64,000 bases of DNA from the human T2T-CHM13v2.0 reference genome, Homo sapiens, in assembly GCF_009914755.1 (NCBI RefSeq), contig NC_060932.1. One strand, 5' to 3'. Of the stretch, positions 30,931 to 49,176 are shown one piece after another. The notes under the pieces are model-generated. The model was given only the letters and a program-made list of their open reading frames with translations, did no database searches and had not been told where the DNA came from. The position numbers and the translations under genes were made by a program. Positions within the stretch are counted from its first letter, which is position 1, and each line of letters opens with the position of its first letter.

Positions 30931-32734
30931 CATTCTCATGATTTCCGATTGGAAAGAAATTGGTGCCCTTCCCATCCTACCCCAGGGTACTGCCATTTCT
31001 CTTTAAGTAAAGCTAGATTATATCTGAAATAGGCAAATATGGAAGTTTATATACACTTAAGGGAGCTACCTGTTCCCTTCTCTTGAAGGATATTAAACTG
31101 TGGTATTTGCTAGAGAATTTGAATTAGCAGGTGTATGTAGATTCTGAGCCTTTTTTGTGCTCAGCTCAAAGCCTTGACCATGCTGAATACATAACAAAGT
31201 ACTGATTGATAATGTTTAACCCCTAGGGGCAGGCTTTCTTTTCGCCCTGAGCAAAAAAGATGCAATCTTTGTGGATGGGTGTTTGGGGAATTCCTGCAAT
31301 ATACCTTAGATGCAGAGTTTCGGGTGGAGTTTTGTTTTTATGTTTGTTTGTTTTGTTTTGTTTTGACTTTCCATTTTCCACTTTAACTGTGATCCATTCC
31401 AGGGGATTTTGTAGTTTCTCAGATGTTATACTGGATGAAAAGTAGTAACTGCATAAACATTAGTTTGAGAATACAGATAATGTTATAAATCTTCATCTTG
31501 GTTTGTATTGTAAAGGCAGCATCTCATGTGACTTATCTTTATATGGAATTGCTAAATTAGTATTGTGCCTTTCCTCCAGAAAGCTTAAAATGAAGTCGTA
31601 TAGGCAGCCTGATTTAAAAGATAATTACTATTCCATTTCCTAAATGTTCTACCATGCAAGAAGAATTTGGAGGAAAAAGAAAAAGTTTATTCCTTTGGGG
31701 AAAATTAATTTTACTTTGTCTTGGTAAAATGCTACCACATATGCAGTTAAATGACAATTCCCCCTCCAAAAAAAATTTTTTGGCAGTCATAGTCATCATG
31801 ACTTCTCCTATAAGATTATCCTAGTGTTCAGGATGCTTCTCAAAAGGCCTAGAAGATAACAAATATTTGTCTAAGTGTGTTTCTAAGGGCTGTAACTAAG
31901 CATCTCTCTTAATTCAGCAAACTACCTTTTTTTATTCAGTCAAAATTTACCTTTTAAATTAGGCTTGTAATTTGATTTTCATTGGTATCAAAGAATTCTC
32001 TTTTGACTCCAATATTACATTTAATAATTCAAACTCTAATATCTCTATTGAAACACTCTGTGTTTCAGTCGTGTTTGAAGATGTCTAAAAACAAAAGTCT
32101 TTTGCATTTTTCATATTCTATTTAATGGCTGGATGCATGTCAGTGCATAGGATTTGAGTCATTAGTGTGCCACAAAACATTTTACCAAGAAATGGTGCGT
32201 CATCAAATAGTTGAATTACAATGGTAGCTGTAAACGGGACCCAATTTACAAAAGTAAATAGTGTCCCCTTTTACAAGAAAGAAAATTAACCATGCTCATT
32301 CAGATTCTGAAGTTTAATTAGCTTTAACTTGCTAAAAGAAAGAAATTGAACAAGTAAATAGCATGTACTTCACCATATATAGCAAATCCTGAATCACTGC
32401 CATTTTTTATATAACTGACCCACATGGGTTCTTTGCTTTTTCTTTTATCTGTTTACCTCAGATTTTTTTTTTTTAATAAAGGACTATAATTTGATTGGCT
32501 TGTAAATTCTTCCCATTTCTAACATGCTATAAGACTTTAAGCCTAATTTCCTTTGAGCCTTAATCCTCTTGCTAATTGATGTGACTGAGTTGTCTGGAAT
32601 CAACCTCCTTGGTGCAAATGACTGAGACTGTGACGTTCTATGGAAGCAGTTTGGTCCGGGAATGAATCCTTTCATTCAGCAAACAAATGCCATGCCAGCT
32701 GAGTCCTGAAAGAGCTCATGGGCACGTAAAGGAA

Positions 32735-33195
32735 TATAGTTGTTTTACAACATGTCCCCCAAAATTATTTGACACTCTTCTCATTAGCAAGTGGGACTCT
32801 GCCCCTTCCACTTGGATCTGAGCTCTGTAACTGCCTGCCAATAGAATATGGCAGAAATGACGCATTGTATCAGTTTCTGGGCCCAGACCTTAAGAACCTA
32901 GCAGCGTCCACTTCCTGTCTCCTTGTATGCTCACTCTTGGAACCCAGCTACCATGCTGTGATGAAGCCTAAAGACCCAAGCAGAGAGGAACCAACTTGTC
33001 AGCTGTATGAATGAGCCATCTTGGAGGTGGATTCTCCAGTTCCAGGAGAGCTGCCCCAGTTAATGCTACATGAAACAGAGACAAGTCATCAGTCATCCAT
33101 CCCCACTGTGCCCTTTCCAAGTTTGTGAGCAAAATAAATGACTGTTGAGTTAAGCCATAGAGTTTAGGAATGATTTGTTGCTGGAACAAGGAGGT
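32735..33195 (+). mobile_element. MaLR solo LTR (MLT1G/H-like)
   Basis: ccaatagaatatggcagaaatgac; gagccatcttggaggtggattctccag; gtgagcaaaataaatgactgttgagttaagcca. Confidence 0.8.
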
Positions 33196-33858
33196 AGACA
33201 CATAAACAATTTTGAAGCAATGTAGATTACAATGACAGTGATATTTACTACGTATCACAGGAACACTGAGTCGAGACACCTAATCCTTCCTTCATCATCA
33301 AGGAAGACTCCCTCAATGAATGAGATGGCAACTGAACTGAATCTCAGGTTAACCAGGTTGGAGAATAAAGGGTGGCGTGTTCTAGGCAGAGGGGACAACA
33401 GTGTGATCACAAGCAGAGAGGAAGGAAACAACATGGTGTGCAGAAGGAATTATGAGCACTTAGGTGTTGCTGGAGCTTAAAGCTGGAATAGGAAGTACTA
33501 ATTATGTAGCCAGAGATAATTGGCAAAGGTTGAATCATGAAGGCCCGTGTTTGCCAGGTGAAGACATATTGTGTACACACAGCTTGTTATTTTCATTATT
33601 GTTGTATTGCATTTTGGATTGAAGCTGTCTGATCAGGTTTGTGTTTTAGACAAATCCTTCTATCAGCAGTGGGGAAGGTGGATTTCAGGGTATGAATTCT
33701 GAAGCATGAAGACCAGTCAGATGGCCGTTGCAGCAGTTCAGGCAAGGACAATGAGGCCTAAATTAAGACTGCGAGGGTGAGGATGGGGAAGAGAAACTAG
33801 AGTCAAGAAATAGGTGGTTTTAAAAAGAAGTATTTAGAGGGTAAAAAGAATACTAACT

Positions 33859-34210
<352 letters not shown>

Positions 34211-34501
34211 TTAGGTGAAAGCTAGATGCCAGTGCCACCAGAAGGGAGTGAGGGGGAATATAAGGAGGAGGATAATGCAGGGGCAAAGCTAGAGAGTACA
34301 GCTTTGACGTGCTGGATATGTAAAGTCTCTGGCATCCATGTAGCGATGTCAGTGAGGCAGTTGGAAATACATGTCAAAAATTAAAGGAGATTTAAGCTGT
34401 AAGAAAAGATTTGGCAGCCATTGTCACAAAATTGCTAGCTGAAATTATGCATAGACAAGCTCACCCAGGGGAAGAATGTTCAGTTAAAAAAGAAGAGGAC
34501 T

Positions 34502-34805
34502 GTTGGGTGCGGTGGCTCACGCCTGTAATCCCAGCACTTTGGGAGGCCGAGGCGGGTGGATCATGAGGTCAGGAGATCGGGACCATCCTGGCTAACATGG
34601 TGAAACCCTGTCTCTATTAAAAATACAAAAAATCAGCTGGGCGTGGTGGCACATGCCTGTAGTCCCAGCTACTAGGGGAGGCTGAGGCAGGCGAATTGCT
34701 TGAACCTGGGAAGTGGTTGCAGTGAGTCGAGATTGTGCCACTGCACTCCAGCCTGGGCGACAAAGCAAGACTCTGTGTCAAAAAAAAAAAAAAAAAAAAA
34801 AAAAA
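34502..34805 (+). mobile_element. AluSc/Y-like
   Basis: Dimer with long A tail; TSD aagagg(a/g)ctg. Confidence 0.9.
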
Positions 34806-34866
34806 GAGGGCTGAAGGTGAAACTCTGGGAGCACCCTGACATGTAGAAGTTAGTTAAAGGAGTCCG

Positions 34867-35230
<364 letters not shown>

Positions 35231-35272
35231 TCATCTCAGAAACCAAAGTCAGAGAGTTGAAAAAGGGGGTAA

Positions 35273-35764
<492 letters not shown>

Positions 35765-36674
35765 TAGAGAAGAACACAGGAGCATGAGAGGGTGGTGGTG
35801 GTGGTTTTGGAGAGATGGAAAATACGTAAATACTTTTATGACCCAAATAGCTCATGCCATTAAAGGGAGGAGATTGAAGAGAGAAGAAAAAGAAGATGTG
35901 ATTCATGTAGTAGCATCTATTCAGAGATAGAAGGGCAGAGAGTCAAGGGCAGTCTTTTGGGATACAGTAAGTGTGGGTATAGATGTAAATAGTTTTATAA
36001 GAGTAGGGCAGGAGATTGAAGATTAAAGCTGATGGACTTAATTTTTTTCTGTGAAACAGGAGATAAGTTTGTTCACTGAGGGAATGAGTATAGCAGGGAT
36101 TGATAGCTGTGTTAAAGACAGTGGTGAGTCTTAGAGTAGTCTTTTAAGAAAATGGAAACAAGGGCTAGCTCACAAGAGGCAAGAAGGATTGATAGGTGAC
36201 CCAGAGGTCCAGTTGACTTTGGAGATTATGGTCTTATACTAGTAATCTGCACAGTTTAGGGCTTTTATTCAAGGGAATGCCCCACCCCTATCCCATTCAC
36301 CCCCGCTCCCCCCACCCCACTTTCCTGGCTCCCCTGAGTGAGGGAGAATGGGCAAGCCTCCATAGGAAAGCAGCCTCAGCCTGGACAAAAGCAAAGTTTT
36401 GTTTAAGACAACAGATGGAGCATTCTGTGTGCAACTGGAGGATGGCTTGTTTTGTTTTTTATAATGGCATGAGGGTTCTAGAAAGTAAAATAATAGGAAA
36501 GATTAGAAGGGACTCAAGAATGAGAAAAGCCACAGATAAGAAAACACAGAGGAGTAAGAGGATGAGGGTAATGGAGAGAGGTGGGGGGGTTATGGGAGTG
36601 GCAATGTGATTTGCTTCTTATTTAGTCGCCAGAGGTTAGTTGAAGGAAAGACTTGGTTGGAAGCTATTGCCTGA

Positions 36675-37094
<420 letters not shown>

Positions 37095-37131
37095 TGAGTG
37101 AACTCTGCCAGCCCCAGAGTTTGCAGTAGAG

Positions 37132-37445
37132 CAGGAGTCCCCAGTCGGTGGCCTGTTAGGAACTGGGCCGCACAGCAGGAGGTGAGCAGCCCACAAGCGA
37201 GCATTACCACCTGAGCTCCACTTTCTGTCAGATCAGCGGTGGCATTAGATTCTGATAGAAGCATGAGCCCTATTGGTTGTGCACTCCTTATGAAAATCTA
37301 ACTAATGCCTGATGATCTAAGGTGGAACAGTTTCATCCAGAAACCATCGTCGTGTCCTCCCTACCCCTGCCCCCACCACACCCCAGTCTGTGACAAATTG
37401 TCTTCCATGAAACCGGCCCCTGGCACCAAAAGTTGGAGACAACTG
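37132..37445 (+). mobile_element. MER1B (hAT-Charlie non-autonomous element)
   Basis: ggcctgttaggaactgggccgcacagcaggaggtgagc; TIRs caggagtcccca / ttggagacaactg; 8-bp TSD cagtagag/cagtagcg. Confidence 0.9.
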
Positions 37446-38448
37446 CAGTAGCGTACTTGCTTGAGTTATCCCATAGAGTTGTGGAACAGCAACATCTTAC
37501 CCTGTGGCCTACTCTTGTTATTGCAGTACCCACAAATTTAACAGTAGTAATCATAATATAAACAATAGCTTATATTTATATGGCTTTATGTTTATTAAAT
37601 GTTGGTTTCAACAACTCTAAAACAGGGTAGGTAATGTTATCTCATTCATAGGTCAGAAAGCCTGAATCTCAGAGGGTAAGGTCATACTGCTAATAAATGG
37701 ATGAAATAAAAATAGAAATCAGATCTTCTGACTTCTAGCTCTTTTCAGCTATGCCACACTGCAGTTTTGGAGCTGGAAACTGCATTGGGCTCATGTAATC
37801 CAACCTCTTCTCTTATAGATGAAGCAACCGAGGCAGCAGCCTGGTGAAACAAAAAGAAAGCAGATATTGCAGGCTGGATATTCTGGGATAAATATTTTAT
37901 TTAAAAATCTTTTAATGTTCCAGAAAGGTTCAGTAACTTTCTAGTGGCCACAGTCAGTGTCGAAGCCAGAGCTGGAACACACCCTACTACACGACTCTTG
38001 GGATTGGGTTTCAAATCAAGAAATGTGGGAGGACATATCTCTGATGAGTCAGAATAGTGGAAGGGAGTGGCCCCGGAATGTGACTACCTGGAAGAATCTA
38101 GTTCCTTAGGCTAAGTCACTAGTGTTAGCCCAGTATAAAAATGTGTTTTTCAGAATGGAATCAGGAGGGTAAAATTAAAGATGAAATCATCTGAATAGCA
38201 GTTCTCTACCAAGACAGCACTTTAGCTAAAGGATGATTACAGTGTAGGGCGGTTCATTTTGATTCACTGGGGCTATATCTCTATACTTTCGTGTGTGGTA
38301 GTTGCTTTCCCCACTAGATCTGGGTTCTAGCCCTCCCTGCTGGCTCCCTCACTTAGTGGACGTTGAACCTTTCACTTTCCTTCTCGGGGCCTGAGTTTCC
38401 TCAATAAAAAGAATTTGGATCTAGGTGGCCGTCTTCTTTGTGGTTTAA

Positions 38449-38770
<322 letters not shown>

Positions 38771-39660
38771 AAATTTCTTAATTTCAGATATACCCTATGG
38801 CACAGATATTTTAAGGCAAAACATAGGTATATTATGCCATACATAAGTGTATTGGATGAAGCTGACAGAGAAAAGTATATAATCATTCTGAGAAAAGAAG
38901 CCTCGATATTTACATTTCGGTGAAAAGGGGGAGAAAATTACTGTTTTGCGAATCAACCAAAGTACTCCATAGTCATTACAGAAGCATGTACTTACCTGTA
39001 ATTTTTTGTGGAATTGTTCAAAGTTTATTGTTTAACACTTATTGACAATCACTATTATGCTGGATACTATGGGAGCAAGTTTATGCAAGCTAATCCCCTG
39101 CTGTGTTAATCTAGGGAAAGAATGGAACAGTGATCAAATTTGCAAGGTTAGAAATGCTAAAGCTCTTGCTTTCTGTCAGAAAACTCCAGCTAGGTATTCA
39201 AATTTAGTCGAGATCCAATATCAGAAAGCCTTTATTATTTATTGAAGCATCTGCTCTTTCTACTTTTTCCATTTGGCTTCTGTGCTCTGTGGTTACTATT
39301 CTCAGGTAATTGGGGGTATGACTTCAGTCACTTTTGAAATATTGGGAACTAAATTCTCTCATTGGAGATTCAGCACATTCAGGCATTTTAATAAAACTCT
39401 AGTATCTTGAATTCTGGAAATTTAATTAGTATACTTACACTTTGAATTTTTTCTTGCCTGAACCATTACACATTTTTACAGAACAAATATTTAATCCTTA
39501 AGATTTCATAACCAAGGGATTTAAAGATTAGCTTTGAAAATAGGTCAGGGAAAATATCCACTTTGGTTAAAAGCTAATCATGTAAAGAAGTAAAAAAAAA
39601 AAAACAAAAACAAAACAGCTTAGAAGCTTTTGAAAAACATTTTTAAAAATCAATTGTATT

Positions 39661-40303
<643 letters not shown>

Positions 40304-41278
40304 AGTATACAATTTTGTGAAAGTATATGAGTCAAACTTTCCTTTAGTTTGCCACTCATTCATTCATCCATTTATTAGTATTCATCCATTTATTGTTCAT
40401 TCATTCATGCACCAAAAATTGTTCTAGACACTAGGGTAGCAAGAATCAATAAGACAGTCAGAGCTTACTATGTGCCAGGCACTTTGAAATTTGGAGCTCA
40501 ATGCTTTTAGCTCCACAATCTGGTGTCATGGTGTAAGCATTACACTGGAAGTCTAGTTTTTTTTTCTAAAAACTCACTGGTAGGCTGTGTGGCTTTAGGT
40601 GAGACCCATTCTGTGTTAGTTTCCTCCTCTCTGCAGTGGTATTGCTCACTCTGTTTACTTCGTAGCTTTGATGTCAGAATCAAATGAAATGGTGGTTTTG
40701 AAAGAGCTTTGGAAGTCCCAGGTGTTATATAAAGCAAGTAGTATTCTTGTAAATGTGGCAGTGGTTTTGACCATTTCAGTGCCTCCGCGAAAAAGGTTGA
40801 AGATGAGTATCTTTATATTGTTCTCTTGAACTAGATCTATATGTTTATGCTGGTCAGTCTTACCATTTCCTCCACTTCCTGTGCAGGCGACAGGGACCTC
40901 ATAATGAGGTAGCTGGGGGAATGATAACTATAGTGAATGAAACTCATTTAGAAAATATTATTCAATTTACACATTGCATTAAATCAGCAAGTAATGATTA
41001 AGTGCTCAGATTAAGGGAGCAGAGAGAGAGATAAGGTAGGAGATGGCATCTGTCTTCAAGCAGCCTAGACTTGGATTTGAAAATTCAAAGCGATTGAATA
41101 TAAATCATTACCTAATTGCCATTTCCCAGGGATCTATGTAGGTATGTCAGTTTGGTTCTATAATGTTTGTAAGGGTCCTCTCTTAGACGTTGGAATACTC
41201 AGTTATACCTACTGGCTCATGGAACAGGTGTTCTTAGGAAGAAACTAGAAGGTTACTTCTAGCTTCATGTTAATTTTA

Positions 41279-41659
<381 letters not shown>

Positions 41660-42269
41660 TTAATCTGGGACTAACTCAGGAATCCCTCTCAAATATCAGC
41701 TCTAGCGTGTAAAGAGAGATTTTTGTGTTTTACTCACTGCTGTCTCCCCATTGCCTAGAACAATTCCTAACACCTGGTACTCACTGAAAATGTTTTAAAT
41801 GAATGAAAGCTGCAGTCCCCTGTTTAGAGTTTTTCTACTGTTCTCATGTCTCAGATAGATGGCTCCTTGAAGACAAGGACTATACATTATGAATCTTCAG
41901 ATTTCCCATGTCTGGCACATAACTGGCCCTCTGAATTTTCTCCAACGAACATAGAGACAAGTGTAATCCAGGTCCATGAGGGAGTCTCTCCCTAGAGTAA
42001 GCCCTAAAAGCAGTAGATGTGCTTGTTCCCAGGGAGTCTGAGGCATAGCCCAAAGTGGACTGTCATGAGTGTGAATTTCATTGACATTTCTTTTTTAATC
42101 TTAGCATTTCTGTTTATTTTTGAGTTTGTACTTCATTCATATTCCTTTAAAAAGGTTATAACCCTCAACAGGATGGAGAACATATGCCTTATGTATATCC
42201 TCTGTGGAGTCCCATTCATGCCTGTCACTCTCAGCAGCGCCTGTCCCAGGACAGGGCAGGCTGTTCTTG

Positions 42270-42512
42270 TTTTTTCCTTTTTTTGAAATGGAGTCTCTCT
42301 CTGTTGCCCAGGCTGGAATGCAATGGCGCGAGCTCGGCTTACTGCAATCTCTGCCTCCTGGGTTGAAACAATTCTCATTCCTCGGCCTCCTGAGTACCTG
42401 GGACCATCTGCGCGCACCACCACGCCCTGCTAATTTTTGTATTTTTAGTAGAGATGGGGTGTTTCACCATGTTGGCCAGGCTGGTCTCAAACTCCTGACC
42501 TCAGGTGATCAG
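42270..42512 (-). mobile_element. AluS, 5'-truncated
   Basis: Ends at cctcaggtgatc; TSD ggctgttcttg. Confidence 0.9.
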
Positions 42513-42823
42513 CGTGGGCTGTTCTTGAAGCTACTTCAGAACCGTGTAAGAGCTGAAAGACCCAGAGAAAATTATCACAGGGTAGGAGAGAAAAGTAGGA
42601 CAATTCGCCAGACTCATTTTCTGGGAGTTTTCTTATACCATCTTGCAGCCTCATTAACTCTTCCAACTCTTTATAAAATAATAATACTGAAAAATGGCCT
42701 TATATCTTCTAGTACCTTGACACATGCAAATATCTCATTTAATCTTCACAACAACCCTGGGAATGTGGCTTTTGTTTTGTTTTTATTGTTAGTACTATAC
42801 AAATGAGAAATCTCAAACCAGGA

Positions 42824-43515
<692 letters not shown>

Positions 43516-43945
43516 GCCTTAGAGATTTAATTCTGTAGGTCATATGACTTGTAAGAAGCAGAGCCTGTGTTAGAACCAAGACTTCTGACTCCAAATCATA
43601 TGCTCTTCTCATCATACCACATAGCCACTTAAAATGCCTAGTTTTCTTTGTCTCTGAACATCTATTGATCCTTAGTTGTTTTTTAAATTTTCTCAGACTT
43701 GTAGGCCCCATTATTTGAGAATGACTTTCATGGTTCCTTTTGACCTTTCTGTACTTTTTTTTCCTGTAAATGTGTATCATGAACCCTCTATTACTTTAAG
43801 TTATTTGATTTGTAAGCATTTCTGGATGAATTGTCTCTCAAGGGCACACTTCAAAATAGTTGCCTTACTTAGAACAAAATCCTGTGACCCGAATAAAGAA
43901 CACATGAATATAGCTAACCCTGTGTGAGCTTGCGGGGCAGGTCAA

Positions 43946-44167
43946 ATTTTTTCTTTTTTTTTTTTTTTTTTGAGATGGAGTTTTGCTCTTGTTGCCCAGG
44001 CTGGAGTGCAATGCGCGATCTCCGCTCACCGCAACCTCCGCCTCCCAGGTTCAAGAGATTCTCCTGCCTCGGCCTCCCGAGTAGTTGGGATTACAGGCAT
44101 GTGCCACCACGCCCGGCTAATTTTGTGTTTTTAGTAGAGATGGGGTTTCTCCATGTTGGTCAGGCTG
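43946..44167 (-). mobile_element. AluSp-like, 5'-truncated
   Basis: ctcaccgcaacctcc, gtttctccatgttggtcaggctg; TSD ggtc(a/t)attttt. Confidence 0.9.
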
Positions 44168-44819
44168 AGGTCTATTTTTTAAACCCCATCAAACTGTAGA
44201 ATGAAATAGTGGTTAGAAAAGCAACTATGAATTCAGTGGCATGTCTTATAAAGTCAGAATTCCTACAGACTTTACTCTTTAGTGAAGTTTCTTGAATAAT
44301 GAAAATAGTTCATAACAAGAACAAACACAATTAACACTGTCTGTATTCACCTTCTGGTGGGGGAAGTGCATCAGACTATATGAAGGCATAAATCACCTTT
44401 TTCTGTTAGGATTTTGTTTTATACAATGTATTATCAATTTGTCCTGCTATATAGTTGGAGAGAATAGAATGCTGTCTCCAACTGATCATTTTCCTTATAG
44501 TTGACCTTACTCCTGAATAAGGTTCAGGCTTTCATGAGAATTTCAGATCCAGTATACCTGTTGGGGATGAATAGCAAAAGAAAGTACTAGGAGTTTGGGA
44601 TTAGAAATAGAAGATAAAAGAGCAATAATAGACTTGTGTTTCCTTGCAATTCAGGCTTAGTAAAGGAAGTCGGAGGCAAGGAAACTTAGACCTTCAAATT
44701 GTACTCCAGTGTCTGTTAAAGAGGAAGAAGGAGAGATGTTCAGAATCACTATGTCCTTGGGAATATCACAGGACAAAAACTTTATTTATAAATAAAGGTA
44801 ATCTGAACATTTGGTTTGA

Positions 44820-45169
<350 letters not shown>

Positions 45170-45258
45170 AAGGGTACCTTTTCTAAATATATGTTCTCTT
45201 TATTGGTTTACTTTAGTGAGACAAATATGTGTAAAGGCTTTCGTTTGTATGTATTTTT

Positions 45259-45324
45259 ATGTGAGAAGTAAGGCTAGACAGTGAGGACCAAATGTGAGAA
45301 GTAAGGCTAGACAGTCAGGACCAA
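45259..45324. repeat. 33-bp tandem duplication
   Basis: atgtgagaagtaaggctagacagt(g/c)aggaccaa twice, 1 mismatch. Confidence 0.9.
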
Positions 45325-45366
45325 ACTGCTAAAGGAGTTGAATGCTACGCTAAGAAATCAGTACTT

Positions 45367-45645
45367 TGCCAGGCATGGTGGCTTACACCTATGATCCTAG
45401 CACTTTGGAAGGCTGAGGCGGGAGGATCACTTCAGCTCAGGAATTCAGGATCAACCTGGGCAACATAGGGAGGCCTGTCTACAAAACAATTAACCAAGTG
45501 TGGCTGTGCACACCTGTAGTCCCAGCTACTTGAGAGCCTGCGGTTGGGAGGATAACTTGAGCCCAGGAGGTTGAGGCTGCAGTGAGCCAAGATCGTGCCA
45601 CTGCATTCTAGCCTGGGTGAAGAGCGAGACTCTGTCTCAAAAAAT
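45367..45645 (+). mobile_element. AluJ
   Basis: gagcccaggaggttgaggctgcagtg. Confidence 0.9.
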
Positions 45646-45673
45646 AGTAATCGATACTTTATCTAATAGGTCA

Positions 45674-46141
<468 letters not shown>

Positions 46142-46946
46142 TTAGTGAAATTAGAAAGGAAAGGAAAGTTGTGACGTATGTGGCAAAGGAAATTGACATT
46201 GTCACTGGCACTTCTATTGGTCGTTTGAAGGAGAAAGAAGTTAAAAAAAAGAGAAAAGGATCCCAAGGTTTTATCATGGGCTGCCTAGAGAATGATCACT
46301 CCATTAACAACAACAACAACAAGCAAAAAGAACTATTTGGAGAATAAAGGAAAAGATGGTATATTTCATTTTAAACATTTCTTTGAAGCAGTGGTGTGAT
46401 GAGTAATTAAAATATTCCTTAGGTTGTTGGGGATGCAGACCTGGAATCAGAGAGAAAAATCAGGGCTAAAAATGAAATATTTAGAAATTGCATATCCAAA
46501 TTTAATGTTAATGTTTCAGCAGAAACAAAAGAGAGAGCTGAGATGCACATACACCCATTGCCTAGAAAGAGAAAGAGATGCCCTGGGAGGAATGGCCTGA
46601 GATGGAGGAGGTGTAAGATCCCATAGCAGTGCATGAGCCAAGAGAGGAAGTAATTTTAGGAAGAGTGGTATGGCCAGCAGTGCCGGAGCCTGCAGATCAA
46701 AACTCATGAGTAATCATAGGAGTAGTCTTGAGCTTAGAAAATACAAATTGAGATCTTGGAGGAGCAAGAGTATCAAAAAGTAGGAATTTTAAAATTTGGC
46801 AGGTATTGGGGAAGAGATCATGACTTTTTAAAAAATATATTGTTTAGTTTCTTGATTCTCTTTTTTATTCCACAAAATATGAACTCATGCATAGCTATCT
46901 TTGCTTATTACCCAAAATGGATTAAGATATATTTGACTCTTTAACT

Positions 46947-47249
46947 TTGTTTTTTGTTTGATTTTTTGAGACAGAGTCCCACTCTGTCACCCAGGCTGGA
47001 GTGCAAGTGACACGATCTCGACTCACTTCAACCTCCTCCTCCTGGGTTCCAGTGATTCTCTTGCCTTAGCCTCCCATGTAGCTGGGACTATATGCACGTG
47101 CCACCACACTTGGCTAATTTTTGTATTTTTAGTAAAGACAGGGTTTCATCATGTTGACAGGCTGGTCTTGAACTCCTGACCTCAAGTGATCACCTTCCTC
47201 CGCCTCCCAAAGTGCTGGGATTACAGGCTTGAGCCACTGCACCCAGCCG
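46947..47249 (-). mobile_element. AluSz/Sx
   Basis: Antisense dimer; TSD gactctttaact. Confidence 0.9.
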
Positions 47250-48047
47250 ACTCTTTAACTGAGTAAAAGAAGCTGGTTCATATATGGCTGATTTGGTCTT
47301 TGAAATACTGTTTAACTTTGTATCTATGGAGCAAAACCATGCCACTATAAAATGACACTCCTCTGTATTCTGCTCACTGCTTGATCAATTTATTTCCTGT
47401 GCTCATCATGGCTTGGATGAAGAGAAGTTTTTTACAGCAGGGGTCTGATGAATGTGAACATTCAATGATCATAGCTTTCTACAAGATCATTAAGATCCTT
47501 GTTTTATGCTTTGAGTATTTGCCTCTTGGCAATAGTTCATGGAATCTGATTAAACCTATAAGCTTGGAAAGCAAATCGTTTAAGTCTGTGTTGCAGAGGA
47601 TAACTTACTTCACATGAATCTCAATAATAGGTCATCCTGAATCAGTCATCATCAATAGTTAACAACATCTATCAAGTTAATTGCTCAAGAGCCTTTTACC
47701 AAGCTGAGAGTGTAACAAAGTAAGCTAAACATAACTTGTTAACTTGTCCTCTGGAAGCCTTCATTCAGTCAGTCATCCATTTATAATTTATTGATTACGT
47801 ATGTACTTTATGCAAGGCTGAACTAAAGGACAAGCACGGCCCTTATGGTTCTTTAGGACTAGTCTCTTTACAAATAATGAGAATTTCAATACAGTCTTGC
47901 AACTGTAGTAGCAATAAGCATAAGGAGCTATAAGAAGAGAGAGAGTGTAGCTAGAATATAAGGAGAGAGGTAAAAAATGAAGTTGGAGACAGTATACAGG
48001 AGATAGATTATGAACATCCTTATATGACTTACTAAAGAATCTGAAAG

Positions 48048-48368
<321 letters not shown>

Positions 48369-48466
48369 TTATCCTGAAGGCAATGGCATGTGTTGAATTG
48401 CTTTAAATAGAAGCAAGTTATGATCAGCAGTGTGTTATATCCTGGGTAGGGTAAAAGATAGGCCTA

Positions 48467-48765
48467 GCTGGATGCAGTGGTGCATACCTGTAGTCCCAGC
48501 AACTCAGTAGGTTGAGATGGGAGGATCGCTTGAGGCCGGCAATTCTGGGCTACAGTACAGTATGCTGATCGAGTGTCCACACTAAGTTCAGCATCAATAT
48601 GGTGACCCCTCAGGAGCAGGGAACCACCAGGTTGCCTAAGGAGGGGTGAACGGGCCCAGGTTGAAAATGGAGCAGGTCAAAACTTCCGTGCTGATGAGTA
48701 ATGAGATCACACTTGTGAACAGCCACTGCACTCCAACCAGGGCAACATAGTGAGACACCATCTCT
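48467..48765 (+). pseudogene. RN7SL: Full-length 7SL (SRP RNA) retropseudogene with A-rich tail
   Basis: Colinear with 7SL including the S domain absent from Alu: cactaagttcagcatcaatatggtgacc...accaccaggttgcctaaggaggggtgaac...ggagcaggtcaaaact; heavy CpG decay; pseudogene number unknown. Confidence 0.95.
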
Positions 48766-48842
48766 TAGAAAAAAGAAAAAAAAGAATAAATGTAAGTGGG
48801 AGGGAAAAGTGGAGGCAGGGAAGTCAGTATAAGACTACTCTA

Positions 48843-49176
<334 letters not shown>

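Noticed and set aside
40887-40908. Possible 22-nt micro-exon (ttcctgtgcag ... gag/gtagct)
   Set aside because: Weak donor, not a multiple of 3, no supporting context; such sites are common by chance.
42204-42806. Longest ORF (200 aa) and the many ORFs with [13 protein letters not shown] / [13 protein letters not shown] text
   Set aside because: These are translations of Alu sequence, not genes.
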